Source of the DNA: Candidatus Cloacimonadota bacterium
Lineage (GTDB): Bacteria > Cloacimonadota > Cloacimonadia > JGIOTU-2
Direction: 5' to 3'
NCBI GenBank assembly: GCA_030613025.1
Contig: JAUWMT010000006.1
Location: forward strand, 4,512-68,511
DNA length: 64,000 bases
A model generated the notes under the pieces. It was not told where the DNA came from, made no database searches, and saw only the letters and a list, made by a program, of their open reading frames with translations. A program made the translations under genes and the position numbers. This document shows, one piece after another, positions 18,796-29,065 of the stretch (the first letter of the stretch is position 1; every line of letters begins with the position of its first letter).

Positions 18796-21432
18796 TTACA
18801 GTTTTTCTTTTAATTTCGATAGAAAAGTAAGAGCTTCTATCGGGGTGAGGGAATTCACATCCAAGTTTTTAAGCTCCTCGATGAGTGCCCGTTCCTTACT
18901 TGTTTTCTGAGAGAGCACTTCTATAAATGATGTTTGATTGATCTCAGCTTTTTTCCTTTTTGTCTTTTCCAGAATGCTGGATTCATTGAATTCACTTTTT
19001 TCCAGCTCTTCCAGAATTTCCTGAGCACGTTCAATTACCTTTTGCGGGATGCCTGCAAGTTTTGCCACCTGAATTCCGTAACTCTGATCCGCACTGCCGG
19101 GTACTACTTTTCGCAGAAAAATAATCCTATCCTTATACTCTTTTGCAGTGATGTTATAATTTTTTACACCTTTATATACATTGGAAAGTTCTGTGAGTTC
19201 ATGGTAATGTGTTGCAAAGAGTGTTTTCGCAGCGATCTTTTTATTTTCATGAAGATATTCTACCACTGCCCACGCAATGCTCAGTCCGTCAAACGTGCTG
19301 GTGCCACGCCCGATCTCGTCGAGCAGAACGACACTTCTCGGTGTTGCGTTGTGCAGTATGTTCGCTGTCTCGATCATCTCCACCAGGAATGTGCTCTGCC
19401 CAAGTGCCAGGTTGTCCGAGGCGCCAACTCTGGTAAAAATCTTATCAACAATACCGATCTTTGCAGCAGCAGCAGGAATGAATGAGCCCATTTGCGCCAT
19501 GATTATGATCAAACCGATCTGTCTTAAATAGGTAGATTTACCTGCCATATTCGGGCCCGTAATAAGCAGGATCCTATCTGAGGAACTATTCAGAAAAGTA
19601 TCATTTGGTATGAACTCGTTTTCCGCAATAAGCTTTTCTATAACAGGATGCCTTCCTTCTTCAATATGGATTTCATGACCATCATGAATTTCAGGTCGTA
19701 CATAATGATTATAAAAGGCAATTTGTGAGAGATTCGTGAGCACATCGAGGGTGGAAATGACCTCCGAGAATTGCTGAAATCGGGGAATAAAATTTTTCAA
19801 ATTATCTCGAATTTCAATGAAAAGGGAATATTCTAATTGTGTGCTGCGTTCTTCAGCGCCAAGTACCTGATTCTCAAATTCCTTCAGCTCAGGAGTTATG
19901 AAGCGCTCTGCATTCACCAGTGTCTGCTTTCGAATATAATCTTCCGGCACCTTGTCGAAATAGGATTTTGTTACTTCGATGTAATAGCCGAACACGCTGT
20001 TGTAACGGACTTTCAGCTTGGGAATGTTGGTTCTTTCGATCTCTTTTTGCTCGAGTTCAGCGATCCATTTTTTGCCGGTTTTGCTCTTACCTCTCAGTTC
20101 ATCCAGTTCTTTATTATAGCCCTCTTTGATTATCCCACCATCCTGCAAGGTGATGGGTGCATCTTCTAAAAGTGTATTTTCGATAATAAGTATAACTTCA
20201 TCAAAATTTTGAATTGATGCGTATAAAGATTTGAGTAATTCGGAGTCACAATCCGAAATGTATTCAGCTAATGGTTTAGCTAACGAGAGGTAATTTTTCA
20301 AAGCGATCAAATCGCGCGGGTATGCCTTATTTGTTCCCAGTTTGCTGATGATACGTTCGATGTCACCAATTTCAGAAAGAATTTCAATGATGCTATTACG
20401 CACATGACTTTTATCGAGCAGCTCATCTACGCTATCGAGGCGCTGGATGATGAGCTCTTTTTTCATCAAGGGATTTAGCATCCAATTAACGAGTTTTCTT
20501 CCGCCCATCGGTGTTTTCGTTTCATCCATAACCTCAAGAAGCGTGCCGTGCTGCGAGCGAGTACGCATGGTTTCTGTGAGCTCAAGATTGTGTCTGGAAA
20601 GCGCATCAACCTGCATGAACTGCCCTTCTGAATAGAAGCTGAGTGTATTGATATGGGAAAGATCGCATTCTTTCAGATCTTTTATATATGACAGAATTGC
20701 TGCAGATGCACACACCGCAGTGTTTTTTCCGGAAAGACCGAATCCTTCGAGGGAGAGCACGTCAAAATGTTTTTTTAGGATGTCTTCAGCTTCAGGAAAT
20801 TCGTATCGCCATGTTTCATATTCTGTAAATGCAGGGTTATAGAAGACACTGATCTTTTCCTTAAGATTAGATTCTACTGTTTCTGGAAGTAAAATTTCAG
20901 TAGGATGAATTCGTGCGATCTCATCGACAACTCGCGTAAATGGAACTTCCGTGCAGGAAAATTCCCCAGTTGAAATATCTATGGAAGCGATTCCACAGTT
21001 TGCTTTGCCTTCATACACTGCACTGAGATAATTATTTCCTTTTCCATGAAGGTAGTTTTCTTCAAGAATAGTGCCCGGAGTTATGACTTCGACAATTTTT
21101 CTTTTAACGAGTTTTTTTGCCTTTTTGGGGTCTTCGACCTGTTCGCATATTGCCACTTTCACGCCTTGGTCTAAAAGTTTTTTCAGATAGTTTTCCAGGG
21201 CATGATAGGGGAATCCGGCAAGTGGAACAGGATTCTTTTTTTTCTTATCTCTTGTAGTTAAGGTTATTCCCAGCAGTTTTGAAGCTCTCTTGGCATCATC
21301 AAAGAAGGTTTCATAAAAATCTCCCATTCGGAAAAGCAAAAGTGCATCCGGCTGTCCCTTTTTGATAGAAAGGAACTGCTGTATAAGAGGAGTGTGTTCC
21401 TGCGGGGTTTCAGGAGATTTCTTATTTGTCAT
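18796..21432 (-). CDS. mutS: DNA mismatch repair protein MutS
   Basis: 878 aa. The N-terminus is TPLIQQFLSIKKGQPDALLLFRMGDFYETFFDDA. The Walker A is GPNMAGKSTYLRQ, followed by DEIGRGTSTFDG and ATHYHEL. Confidence 0.97.
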   Translation of the reverse strand: MTNKKSPETPQEHTPLIQQFLSIKKGQPDALLLFRMGDFYETFFDDAKRASKLLGITLTTRDKKKKNPVPLAGFPYHALENYLKKLLDQGVKVAICEQVEDPKKAKKLVKRKIVEVITPGTILEENYLHGKGNNYLSAVYEGKANCGIASIDISTGEFSCTEVPFTRVVDEIARIHPTEILLPETVESNLKEKISVFYNPAFTEYETWRYEFPEAEDILKKHFDVLSLEGFGLSGKNTAVCASAAILSYIKDLKECDLSHINTLSFYSEGQFMQVDALSRHNLELTETMRTRSQHGTLLEVMDETKTPMGGRKLVNWMLNPLMKKELIIQRLDSVDELLDKSHVRNSIIEILSEIGDIERIISKLGTNKAYPRDLIALKNYLSLAKPLAEYISDCDSELLKSLYASIQNFDEVILIIENTLLEDAPITLQDGGIIKEGYNKELDELRGKSKTGKKWIAELEQKEIERTNIPKLKVRYNSVFGYYIEVTKSYFDKVPEDYIRKQTLVNAERFITPELKEFENQVLGAEERSTQLEYSLFIEIRDNLKNFIPRFQQFSEVISTLDVLTNLSQIAFYNHYVRPEIHDGHEIHIEEGRHPVIEKLIAENEFIPNDTFLNSSSDRILLITGPNMAGKSTYLRQIGLIIIMAQMGSFIPAAAAKIGIVDKIFTRVGASDNLALGQSTFLVEMIETANILHNATPRSVVLLDEIGRGTSTFDGLSIAWAVVEYLHENKKIAAKTLFATHYHELTELSNVYKGVKNYNITAKEYKDRIIFLRKVVPGSADQSYGIQVAKLAGIPQKVIERAQEILEELEKSEFNESSILEKTKRKKAEINQTSFIEVLSQKTSKERALIEELKNLDVNSLTPIEALTFLSKLKEKL

Positions 21433-22463
21433 GGTTTTTTATACACGTATGAGTTGATATTTTTCTCTTCAAGCCGGTTTTTTTTGTAGAGTGCCTCATC
21501 TTCAGTTGAATAGGGACCTACACCGACAGCGTAGTAAATTTTTCCATTAACTGATTTTGTAAAGATAAAGGTGTTTTTTACACCCATATCCTGAAAGTTT
21601 TCCTGTGCTTTGTGGGCTTTGGTAGAGCTTTCCAGGGCTGCAAGCTGAACAATGTATTTTTTGTTGAGGAGTTCATCGATCTGGGGAAGGGTCGTGAGAG
21701 ACGATGAATAATGTCCCTGCTCGATCAAGGATACAAGCAGTTGCTCTGCAAGGGGTGAATATTGGGAATAGGGATAGTCATTTGTGAGCTTTTTGTAATG
21801 TGTGATCGCATCAGCATATTCGGCTCTGTTTTCATGGCATAAACCCAATGAATAGAGCATGTAGGGATTGAAATTACTGTTTGGATTTTCTTCCTGCATT
21901 TGTGAGAACTGCTCAATTGCTTTCGAGTACTGCCCGAGCTCATAATATGCAGTTCCGCAATTCAGCATAGTTAGTTCACGCTGGGATGAATCGAGAGAGA
22001 TGTTGATGAATTCTTTATATGAAGTGATCGCAGGAAAATATTCTGCATTACAGAAATGTGCCTGAGCATCGATGAAAAGAGCTTCTGCATAATATAAGGA
22101 AAAGGACTTTTTTAGCAGCTTGTTTGAATATCCGAGTGCACCCTTCCAATCTTCATGTGTCAGACCGATCTTTGCAAGATTGATGAAAGCTCTATCAGTA
22201 TAGGCATTTTCCTTTTCCTTCAAGATTTCTTTATAATAAAAGGATGCATCATTTGCATTATCTGCACATTGCCCTAAAAGATAGAGGATTTCAACTTTTT
22301 CTTCGTCCTTTCTGCACTGTGGCAGCATGGATTTTAATATTTGAAAAGCAGTGATATATTCACTTTTAGCGATATGGCTATATACTACCGAAAGAGATTG
22401 CCCCCATAAAGGTATCGCGCAGAGTAAGAAAAAGACTATAATCAGATAGATAGTTTTTTTCAT
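21429..22463 (-). CDS. TPR-repeat protein with C-terminal SPOR (peptidoglycan-binding) domain
   Basis: It has a signal peptide and TPR-like helices. The C-terminal KYIVQLAALESSTKAHKAQENF...IFTKSVNGKIYYAVGVGPYSTEDEA is SPOR-like. It overlaps the mutS start by 4 nt. Confidence 0.7.
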   Translation of the reverse strand: MKKTIYLIIVFFLLCAIPLWGQSLSVVYSHIAKSEYITAFQILKSMLPQCRKDEEKVEILYLLGQCADNANDASFYYKEILKEKENAYTDRAFINLAKIGLTHEDWKGALGYSNKLLKKSFSLYYAEALFIDAQAHFCNAEYFPAITSYKEFINISLDSSQRELTMLNCGTAYYELGQYSKAIEQFSQMQEENPNSNFNPYMLYSLGLCHENRAEYADAITHYKKLTNDYPYSQYSPLAEQLLVSLIEQGHYSSSLTTLPQIDELLNKKYIVQLAALESSTKAHKAQENFQDMGVKNTFIFTKSVNGKIYYAVGVGPYSTEDEALYKKNRLEEKNINSYVYKKP

Positions 22464-22473
22464 AAATGAACTT

Positions 22474-23742
22474 TTAACTGCTCATTAATTTCAGGAATTC
22501 AAGATTATTCTTTGTTCCTTTCATCTTGTTTTTCAGAAGTTCGATCGCATCGTAGGGATTTTGGTTTTTGAGGATCTTACGAAGAATGAATACACGATTT
22601 CTAACCTCTTCGGGAAGAAGAAGTTCTTCGCGGCGCGTTCCGGAAGTGATAAGGTCGATTGCCGGATACATGCGTAGGTCGCTGATAGAGCGGTCGAGCA
22701 CCAGTTCCATGTTACCTGTACCTTTGAACTCTTCAAAGATAACCGTATCCATTTTGCTCCCTGTGTGAATAAGTGCAGTTGCCATGATTGTCAGACTGCC
22801 ACTTTCCGAAGTGTTACGAGCAGCTCCGAAAAAGCGTTTTGGTTTGTGAAGTGCATTTGCATCGACACCACCGGAAAGGACTTTTCCGCTAGAAGGCATG
22901 AGTGTGTTATATGCTCTGGCAAGGCGGGTGATACTATCAAGTAGAATTACTACATCGCGTCCGTATTCGACCATTCTTTTTGCTTTTGCCATGACCATTT
23001 CCGCAAGGCGTACATGATGATGAGCAGTCTCGTCAAAAGTAGAACTCACGACTTCGGAATTCTCGGGATTTACGATACGTTTCATCTCTGTAACTTCTTC
23101 AGGACGTTCATCAATAAGGAGAATGATAACATATACTTCCGGATGGTTAGTAAGAATTGCATTTGCAAGCTTTTGCAGAAGCACTGTTTTTCCTGTGCGC
23201 GGTGCCGAAACAATAAGCCCTCTTTGTCCCTTTCCAATGGGTGTAAAGAGGTCGATGATACGCATGGAAAGCTCTTCCTGGGTGGTTTCCAGGTTGAGTT
23301 TTTCTTCGGGATAAAGTGGTGTGAGAGAATCGAAATTTGGGGTTTGATAGGCACGGAGGGGTGGTTCATCATTGATCGCATCAATCCGGATGAGTGCGAA
23401 ATATTTCTCATCTTCTTTTGGTGAACGTACAGGTCCCGAGATGATATTTCCCTGTTTGATGTGGAATTTTTTCACCTGGGCTTTGGATACGTAGATGTCA
23501 CTGGGTCCGCTTATGTAATTGGAATTTGGCGAACGCAGAAAACCATATCCGTCTGGGGTAAGATCGATCACACCTGTGGTGAAGACCAATCCTTCATTTG
23601 CTGCCTGGGCATCGAGGATCGAGAACATCAAAGCTTCTTTATTCATAGTTTTGAATTTCTTTATCTCGTAACTTTTTGCGATCTTATGAAGTTCAGGCAA
23701 GTTCATTTTTTGCATTTCTTTCAAGTCAATTAGATCTTCCAT
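22474..23742 (-). CDS. rho: transcription termination factor Rho
   Basis: 422 aa with an N-terminal Rho_N segment ([13 protein letters not shown]), an RNA-binding [15 protein letters not shown] segment, the P-loop [13 protein letters not shown] and the [12 protein letters not shown] segment. Confidence 0.97.
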   Translation of the reverse strand: MEDLIDLKEMQKMNLPELHKIAKSYEIKKFKTMNKEALMFSILDAQAANEGLVFTTGVIDLTPDGYGFLRSPNSNYISGPSDIYVSKAQVKKFHIKQGNIISGPVRSPKEDEKYFALIRIDAINDEPPLRAYQTPNFDSLTPLYPEEKLNLETTQEELSMRIIDLFTPIGKGQRGLIVSAPRTGKTVLLQKLANAILTNHPEVYVIILLIDERPEEVTEMKRIVNPENSEVVSSTFDETAHHHVRLAEMVMAKAKRMVEYGRDVVILLDSITRLARAYNTLMPSSGKVLSGGVDANALHKPKRFFGAARNTSESGSLTIMATALIHTGSKMDTVIFEEFKGTGNMELVLDRSISDLRMYPAIDLITSGTRREELLLPEEVRNRVFILRKILKNQNPYDAIELLKNKMKGTKNNLEFLKLMSS

Positions 23743-23764
23743 AATACTCCTAAATATTTATGAA

Positions 23765-24466
23765 TTATTTATTTATTTTCTTTCTTTTTTTTTGTTTAAA
23801 ATTTTCTTCAGCCGCTGATTTTCTGATGTACAAGGGTTCGATTTTTGCGATGTCATCAGCTTTATACACTTCGCAGCCCTTTTTGTTTTCTATGATATCG
23901 ATCAGGGATGATGCTTTTGGATAACAATCAATAGCTCTTGCAAAGTTCAATTTTGTATCAATATCCAAAAATGCCTGTTTTGTTTTTGATGTAACAGGTC
24001 CGATTAAAAGTGTTTCAGTATTTATGGTTTGCGCTATTTGCTCTATCTTTGCGAAGGATGGCTTTTGTATTTCTGTGAGATCCGGTGAATACACAGCATA
24101 GTAGAATTCACATCGTCCGGCGTCCATGAGTGCACAAATATATGGTGAAACCGCTGAAGCATTGTTCGCAAGAGATCTCAAAGTCGATGTTACGTAAAGC
24201 GGAATCTTCAAACCAAAACAGAGACCTTTTGCAGTAGAGAGTCCGATGCGAAGTCCTGTAAAAGAACCGGGACCTATGGAAACAGCAATTCCCGAGATAT
24301 TTTCCAGCTTCATGTCAGTTTGGGCAAGCAGGTTTTTTACAGTGGGCAACAGGCGTTCCGAGTGAGTCCTTTTTGCATTCAGGGTCACATCCGCAATGAT
24401 CTGCCCGTTGTGTGAAAGTGCTATACTTTCGTAGGATGTAGAGGTGTCAAAAGCAAGAATGTTCAT
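23765..24466 (-). CDS. tsaB: tRNA threonylcarbamoyladenosine biosynthesis protein TsaB (YeaZ)
   Basis: MNILAFDTSTS...SHSERLLP...IAVSIGPGSFTGLRIGLSTAKGL. The start at 24466 is chosen over the track start 24568, which overlaps the upstream cupin gene. Confidence 0.85.
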   Translation of the reverse strand: MNILAFDTSTSYESIALSHNGQIIADVTLNAKRTHSERLLPTVKNLLAQTDMKLENISGIAVSIGPGSFTGLRIGLSTAKGLCFGLKIPLYVTSTLRSLANNASAVSPYICALMDAGRCEFYYAVYSPDLTEIQKPSFAKIEQIAQTINTETLLIGPVTSKTKQAFLDIDTKLNFARAIDCYPKASSLIDIIENKKGCEVYKADDIAKIEPLYIRKSAAEENFKQKKRKKINK

Positions 24467-24467
24467 A

Positions 24468-24863
24468 TCAGCAGTTGTTTGCGGGTTTGTCTCCCAGAGG
24501 ATTGCTTGAGACTTTTGCAGGTTGTGTAGAGTGGGGAACGATGCAGAGAAAGCGCAATAATGTATCATCAGTATTTTTGAATTGGTGTTTTAAATGCGGT
24601 TCTACAAAGATCACATCCCACTGCTGAAAGGGTTTTTCTCCTTCTTCCGTGACCAATACCCCGGTTCCTTGAAGCACGAATACTTCATGTTCCCAATCAT
24701 GAGAGTGAAATGGAGTGTGTCCGCCGGATTCGACTTCGAACATACGCATAGCAAAATTAGGAGCGTTATCATTTTTTGAAATAAGCCATCTGATCTTGGT
24801 TTTGTCTGCACCTTCGATATTCACGTCTTCCAAAAGGACATCGTTGAAGTGGTCGATTTTCAT
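24468..24863 (-). CDS. cupin-domain protein
   Basis: GGHTPFHSHDWEHEVFVLQG...G...VIFVEPHLKHQF is a two-motif cupin signature. The start MKIDHF at 24863 is preceded by ggaggt. Confidence 0.7.
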   Translation of the reverse strand: MKIDHFNDVLLEDVNIEGADKTKIRWLISKNDNAPNFAMRMFEVESGGHTPFHSHDWEHEVFVLQGTGVLVTEEGEKPFQQWDVIFVEPHLKHQFKNTDDTLLRFLCIVPHSTQPAKVSSNPLGDKPANNC

Positions 24864-24983
24864 GGTTACCTCCAGATTTTTGAGCACCATTTAATTGTGA
24901 TGTATCTATTAATTTAATTATATTTCGAAACAAAAACTACAAACTGTGTGACAGGACGTCAAATTTTATAGAATTTTGTATGA

Positions 24984-25715
24984 CTAAAAGGTAACTTCAA
25001 ATAGATAAAGCCCTTGAGGTGGAGCGGTCATGCCAAGTAGTCTATAATCCTGAGTAGATAAAATTTTACTTATATAATCCATTTCAAGCCCCTCATGGGA
25101 AATATGCAAAAGAGTGCCGACTATCCTTCGAACCATATTATGCATAAACCTGTTCGCGCTTATCTTAAATATGAAATGAGAGTCTGTTTCGCTCCACTGG
25201 GCACTATCAACCGTGCACTGCGTTGAATGAAGCTGCGAAGTGTCTTGGGCAAAGACATTGAAATCATGTGTACCGATCAAATATTCAGACGCCTTTTGCA
25301 GGAGCAGCAAAGAGATCTTTTTTTGCGGAAAATATGAAGCATAGAATCGTTCAAAGGGGGAGAATTCTTTCATGATCTTATACATATATGTTCTTCTTTT
25401 TGCAGAAAATCTTGCATGAAAATCATCATCCGCAACAGTGCATTCTTTGATGTAGATCGCTTTAGGAATAATGCTATTGATCGCAGCTACAATGTTCTCC
25501 GGTTCCATTCTCGTTTCTATAGTAAAATGAGCATACTGGTTGAGTGCATGTACACCTGCATCGGTTCTGCCGGACACGGTCAAGGGAGTTTCTGTCTTGA
25601 AGATTTGACCAAACGCTTTTTCCATAACCTGCTGGATGGTGAGAGCGTCTTTCTGTATCTGCCAGCCATGAAAAGGATGACCATCATAACAGAAGCGAAT
25701 TAGAAATTTTCTCAT
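24984..25715 (-). CDS. truA: tRNA pseudouridine(38-40) synthase TruA
   Basis: MRKFLIRFCYDGHPFHGWQIQ...VSGRTDAGVHA...HNMVRRIVGTL. The likely start is at 25715. Confidence 0.9.
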   Translation of the reverse strand: MRKFLIRFCYDGHPFHGWQIQKDALTIQQVMEKAFGQIFKTETPLTVSGRTDAGVHALNQYAHFTIETRMEPENIVAAINSIIPKAIYIKECTVADDDFHARFSAKRRTYMYKIMKEFSPFERFYASYFPQKKISLLLLQKASEYLIGTHDFNVFAQDTSQLHSTQCTVDSAQWSETDSHFIFKISANRFMHNMVRRIVGTLLHISHEGLEMDYISKILSTQDYRLLGMTAPPQGLYLFEVTF

Positions 25716-26353
25716 AATAAGATCAGTCCTATTTGCATAAGCAGCAGAGCCGGTAATATAAGATCGCAGGCATGAAAAGAGCATGCAAGTTCGCTATTGA
25801 AAAGTACTTCTGCAGTTGCTGAGCATCCATGCACTTTTTTTAGTGACCTGTTCACAATAAGAGGGAAAAGTTCGGATATCTCATTCAGCCCTATCTTTCC
25901 TTTTACATGATACTTATACAATCTTATTGTGTGCGAATATTCATGATAAATAATTGGAAGAAATCGAATAATGCCATAGAGAAAGAGGGTTGTTGAATTG
26001 CGTATTTTCTGAGGTGTGAACTGATGCAATTGTGCCAGAAATGAGAATGCAGAAGTTGATCTCACAAGCACGACAGTATAACTTATCATTATTGAGACGG
26101 AACCAATTATCATTAGATCCTTCTGCCAGGGATTGCCTAATATATATCCCATAAGAAAAATTGAAAGTAAAAGGGGAGATATGCGCAAGATCGTGTTTGC
26201 AACGGCGAGAAGATATTTTGGATACGTCGTCAGAGACAAAGTCAGAATAATGAGTACAGAAATCAATAAGAGATCATTGTGTAAAAAGAAAAGAAAAACG
26301 ATCTGTAAGATAACAAATAATATTTTAATGAGTGGATTAAGATGGTAAAGCAT
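25712..26353 (-). CDS. EcfT/CbiQ-like transmembrane protein (energy-coupling-factor transporter T-component-like)
   Basis: Polytopic hydrophobic 213-aa ORF. The segment LFLYGIIRFLPIIYHEYSHTIRLYKYH resembles the EcfT coupling-helix region (ALRFIPTL..E...I....R). It lies immediately upstream of truA, as in the Firmicute ecfA-ecfA-ecfT-truA arrangement. Confidence 0.45.
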   Translation of the reverse strand: MLYHLNPLIKILFVILQIVFLFFLHNDLLLISVLIILTLSLTTYPKYLLAVANTILRISPLLLSIFLMGYILGNPWQKDLMIIGSVSIMISYTVVLVRSTSAFSFLAQLHQFTPQKIRNSTTLFLYGIIRFLPIIYHEYSHTIRLYKYHVKGKIGLNEISELFPLIVNRSLKKVHGCSATAEVLFNSELACSFHACDLILPALLLMQIGLILL

Positions 26354-26467
26354 TAGAGAAAAAGTTCATTTTATTTTTAAGTGAGTCTACATACTTAAAA
26401 TCTGAATATCCAATAACCAACACGGAATATCCAATATCCAACTATTTTTGTCGCTATTGCTCATTTA

Positions 26468-26677
26468 TTAATTGCCGTATCCGCCAGCTGATGAAGTACC
26501 ACTTCTTAGTATTTGAGAAGAGGTATGTTTCTCTGCTTTTGTGCCAGGTAGTTGTTCAGGAATTTTAATAATTTGAACCGCATAATGGTTGTATGCATAT
26601 ACCACGTAATCAATAAGCCGTTTCTGCAAATTGCACTTCTTTTGATTATTTCTTCTATTCTTTTCTTTCTCACTCAT
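26468..26677 (-). CDS. hypothetical 69-aa basic protein (doubtful)
   Basis: ORF with aagga upstream, no recognisable motif, and short inverted repeats on both sides (aatatccaatatc at about 26427 / gatattggatatt at about 26745). Confidence 0.2.
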   Translation of the reverse strand: MSEKEKNRRNNQKKCNLQKRLIDYVVYAYNHYAVQIIKIPEQLPGTKAEKHTSSQILRSGTSSAGGYGN

Positions 26678-26800
26678 TTATTTTTTTCCTTCATAGTTGG
26701 GAATTCCGTGCCTGCCGAGCCATAGCCTAAGCGACGGCTGGTTCGATATTGGATATTATTTTCAACTAACCCACTTATTTCTTCAAAGAGCCCAAAAAAT

Positions 26801-29056
26801 TTATTGTTTGATGTCCTCCACTTTTTCTTCCGGTTCTGGTACTATTGAAACGCTGTCTTCTTCGGTTATGATCTGGATGGAATCTATGATCGAAGTGGTA
26901 TCCTGAATTGTAAATAATGAATCCGTAATAAAAGTGCTGTCCTGCACTATAATTATTGAATCAATTATCACTGTGGTATCTTCCTCTGTTTCAAAATAAA
27001 AGAAATGTGTTCCATCAAAGTAATCAGAAACCTCGGTCTTCAATTCGTGTTGAGGATAATCTGTGAAAAGTTCTTCAAGATAGGGTCTGGCAGAAGTGGT
27101 GTCTTTGCTCTCTTTTACAAAGAGATAAGACTTCAAATATAATGCCTGTGGATATACTTCTGTGGAATCGTACTCATTGAGAATTGTATCTAAGTACGCA
27201 TGGCTTTGCTCAAGTGTAACCGAATCAAAGTAAAAATCCAGCGCCTTATACAAATACTGCTGGGCATAGTGCTCTTCCGGATCAACCAACTCAAAGGGTT
27301 CGTTATTGATAAACTTTTTTCCGGCAATCGTATATTTTGATGCTGGATAGTCGGTCTCGAGAAGCAGGAATATCTCTGAAGCTTTATCGGTATCCTGAAA
27401 TTTTTCCTGATAAGTCCAAAGCTTCATAAAAAGCACTTTTGCTATGATCTCCTTTTCAAATTCCTGAATTGTGTTGTGAAGATTCTCTATTTTTACGAGA
27501 AGTTGCTGCTTGGTAGGGAGGATAACTTTATCGGGCTCGGCAACAGTGCTGTCTGTCATCGTGGAATCAACAAGAAGACTGTCTGCAAAAAAAGTAGTAT
27601 CAATAATAGATAATCCCCTGAGACTATCTGCAAGTGATGAGTCCGGTAAAACGATGGAGATCGAGTCATCTTCGACCTGAATAATCGAGACAGTATCAAT
27701 AACTGCTGAAACAGAATCTTCAGTTACTGAAACAGAATCTTCTATCTGAACTGGGATCTCTATTTCCATAGAATCTGAAATATAGAGGGAGTCGTTCTCA
27801 GTATCAACCGAGTCTTGTTCCGGATAGTACAGCATCATATTGGTAAGTGAATCGAGCTCCTGCCTGAGTAATGGGAGGCGTTCAAGGATATCATCATACA
27901 TTGCCAGTGCTGAGTCCGGTTGGTTCAGATCGAAATTATAATATTCAGCGAGCTGGAATTGGAACTCAACGATCTGGCTTATCTGACTGGTGCTTTGAAT
28001 AGTCTGATAGCTGATAAGTTCCTGGGCAATTTTCAATTTGTTTGTTGCCTGTTTAACCATCTTTTCATCGAGGTGTTTTACGGTGACAGCATTGAATTTT
28101 TCTTCAGTTTGTTCATAATCCTGCAACACATCAAAATAGATATCAGCCCAGTAATAATATATTTCCGAGACGATTTTCTTTCCCTTGTTATCTTTGATGA
28201 TCTTATCAAAAAGGGCAAATGCTTTTTCCGTATTCCCCAGATTAGCTTCACAGATAGCTATGTGCATTCTAATCTCAGGCAGTTTATCATAATCAACTTC
28301 AGTATCATTGAGATTTTCAAAAACCAGGAGCGCTTCTTGGTATTTTTGGGTTTCTATAAATATTTTACCTATGTAAAGCAGGGCATCAAGTTGGTATCTT
28401 TTGGTCGGTTTTTCCGCAAGCAGATTTCGGAAAGCAAGCTCCGCATTTCGATATTCATCATTTTTGAACTCTATTTCACCATAGAGGAACATTGCTTTGA
28501 GGTGAGGTTTTCTTTTCAGACCAGTATTCAGCAGCTCCAGAATTGTGTTCTTTGCATCGTTATATTTATCCCTCTCGATATAATAATCTGAAAGATCAAA
28601 GTATGCTTCTGTGCGAACTTCCTGGAATCTTGGATTGGTAAAGATTGCAGAAAACTGCTTCATCGCATCATCGTATTCCTTCATTGCAAGATAGGTCTTT
28701 GCAAGATAGAGTTTTGCTATAGGATAGAGTTCGTATTTATTGTAATATCTCTCATATTCCTGAAATTTACGAAGTGCTTTTATATAATATTCCTGTTCAT
28801 AAAAGCATTGTCCCATCAGCAGGATCGCATCATCGACCCATTTATTTGTGGGATATTCCTGAATTATATATGCACATTTGCCGATAGATGTTTCGAATTT
28901 TGTTTGAATATTTGGCGTTAACTTACCGTTGTTTTTCTCTTTTGCATTCAGTGCTTCTGCATAGTATTTTCGCGCATTATAAAAGATATTATAATAGACA
29001 CAACCTGCGAGCAAAAGCAGGATTGAAAGAATTAAGAGAAATGTACGTGTTTTCAC
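26801..29056 (-). CDS. TPR-repeat lipoprotein with acidic D-S/T-[IV]-rich repeats (possibly PorW/SprE-like)
   Basis: It has a lipobox (LLLLAGC), then YYNIFYNARKYYAEA and multiple TPR helices. Low-complexity runs include DSVSVTEDSVSAVIDTVSII and IIDSIIIVQDSTFITDSLFTIQDTTSIIDSIQII. Confidence 0.75.
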   Translation of the reverse strand: MKTRTFLLILSILLLLAGCVYYNIFYNARKYYAEALNAKEKNNGKLTPNIQTKFETSIGKCAYIIQEYPTNKWVDDAILLMGQCFYEQEYYIKALRKFQEYERYYNKYELYPIAKLYLAKTYLAMKEYDDAMKQFSAIFTNPRFQEVRTEAYFDLSDYYIERDKYNDAKNTILELLNTGLKRKPHLKAMFLYGEIEFKNDEYRNAELAFRNLLAEKPTKRYQLDALLYIGKIFIETQKYQEALLVFENLNDTEVDYDKLPEIRMHIAICEANLGNTEKAFALFDKIIKDNKGKKIVSEIYYYWADIYFDVLQDYEQTEEKFNAVTVKHLDEKMVKQATNKLKIAQELISYQTIQSTSQISQIVEFQFQLAEYYNFDLNQPDSALAMYDDILERLPLLRQELDSLTNMMLYYPEQDSVDTENDSLYISDSMEIEIPVQIEDSVSVTEDSVSAVIDTVSIIQVEDDSISIVLPDSSLADSLRGLSIIDTTFFADSLLVDSTMTDSTVAEPDKVILPTKQQLLVKIENLHNTIQEFEKEIIAKVLFMKLWTYQEKFQDTDKASEIFLLLETDYPASKYTIAGKKFINNEPFELVDPEEHYAQQYLYKALDFYFDSVTLEQSHAYLDTILNEYDSTEVYPQALYLKSYLFVKESKDTTSARPYLEELFTDYPQHELKTEVSDYFDGTHFFYFETEEDTTVIIDSIIIVQDSTFITDSLFTIQDTTSIIDSIQIITEEDSVSIVPEPEEKVEDIKQ

Positions 29057-29065
29057 TTTTTGATA

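Noticed and set aside
27920-28591. Long antisense ORFs inside large genes (27920..28591, 40651..41241, 41590..42024, 18934..19485, 5844..6242, 8116..8556, 36618..37022 and others)
   Set aside because: All lie entirely within, and opposite to, genes with strong homology-level support. Their products are low-complexity (F/L/I/S-rich) shadows typical of AT-rich coding regions.
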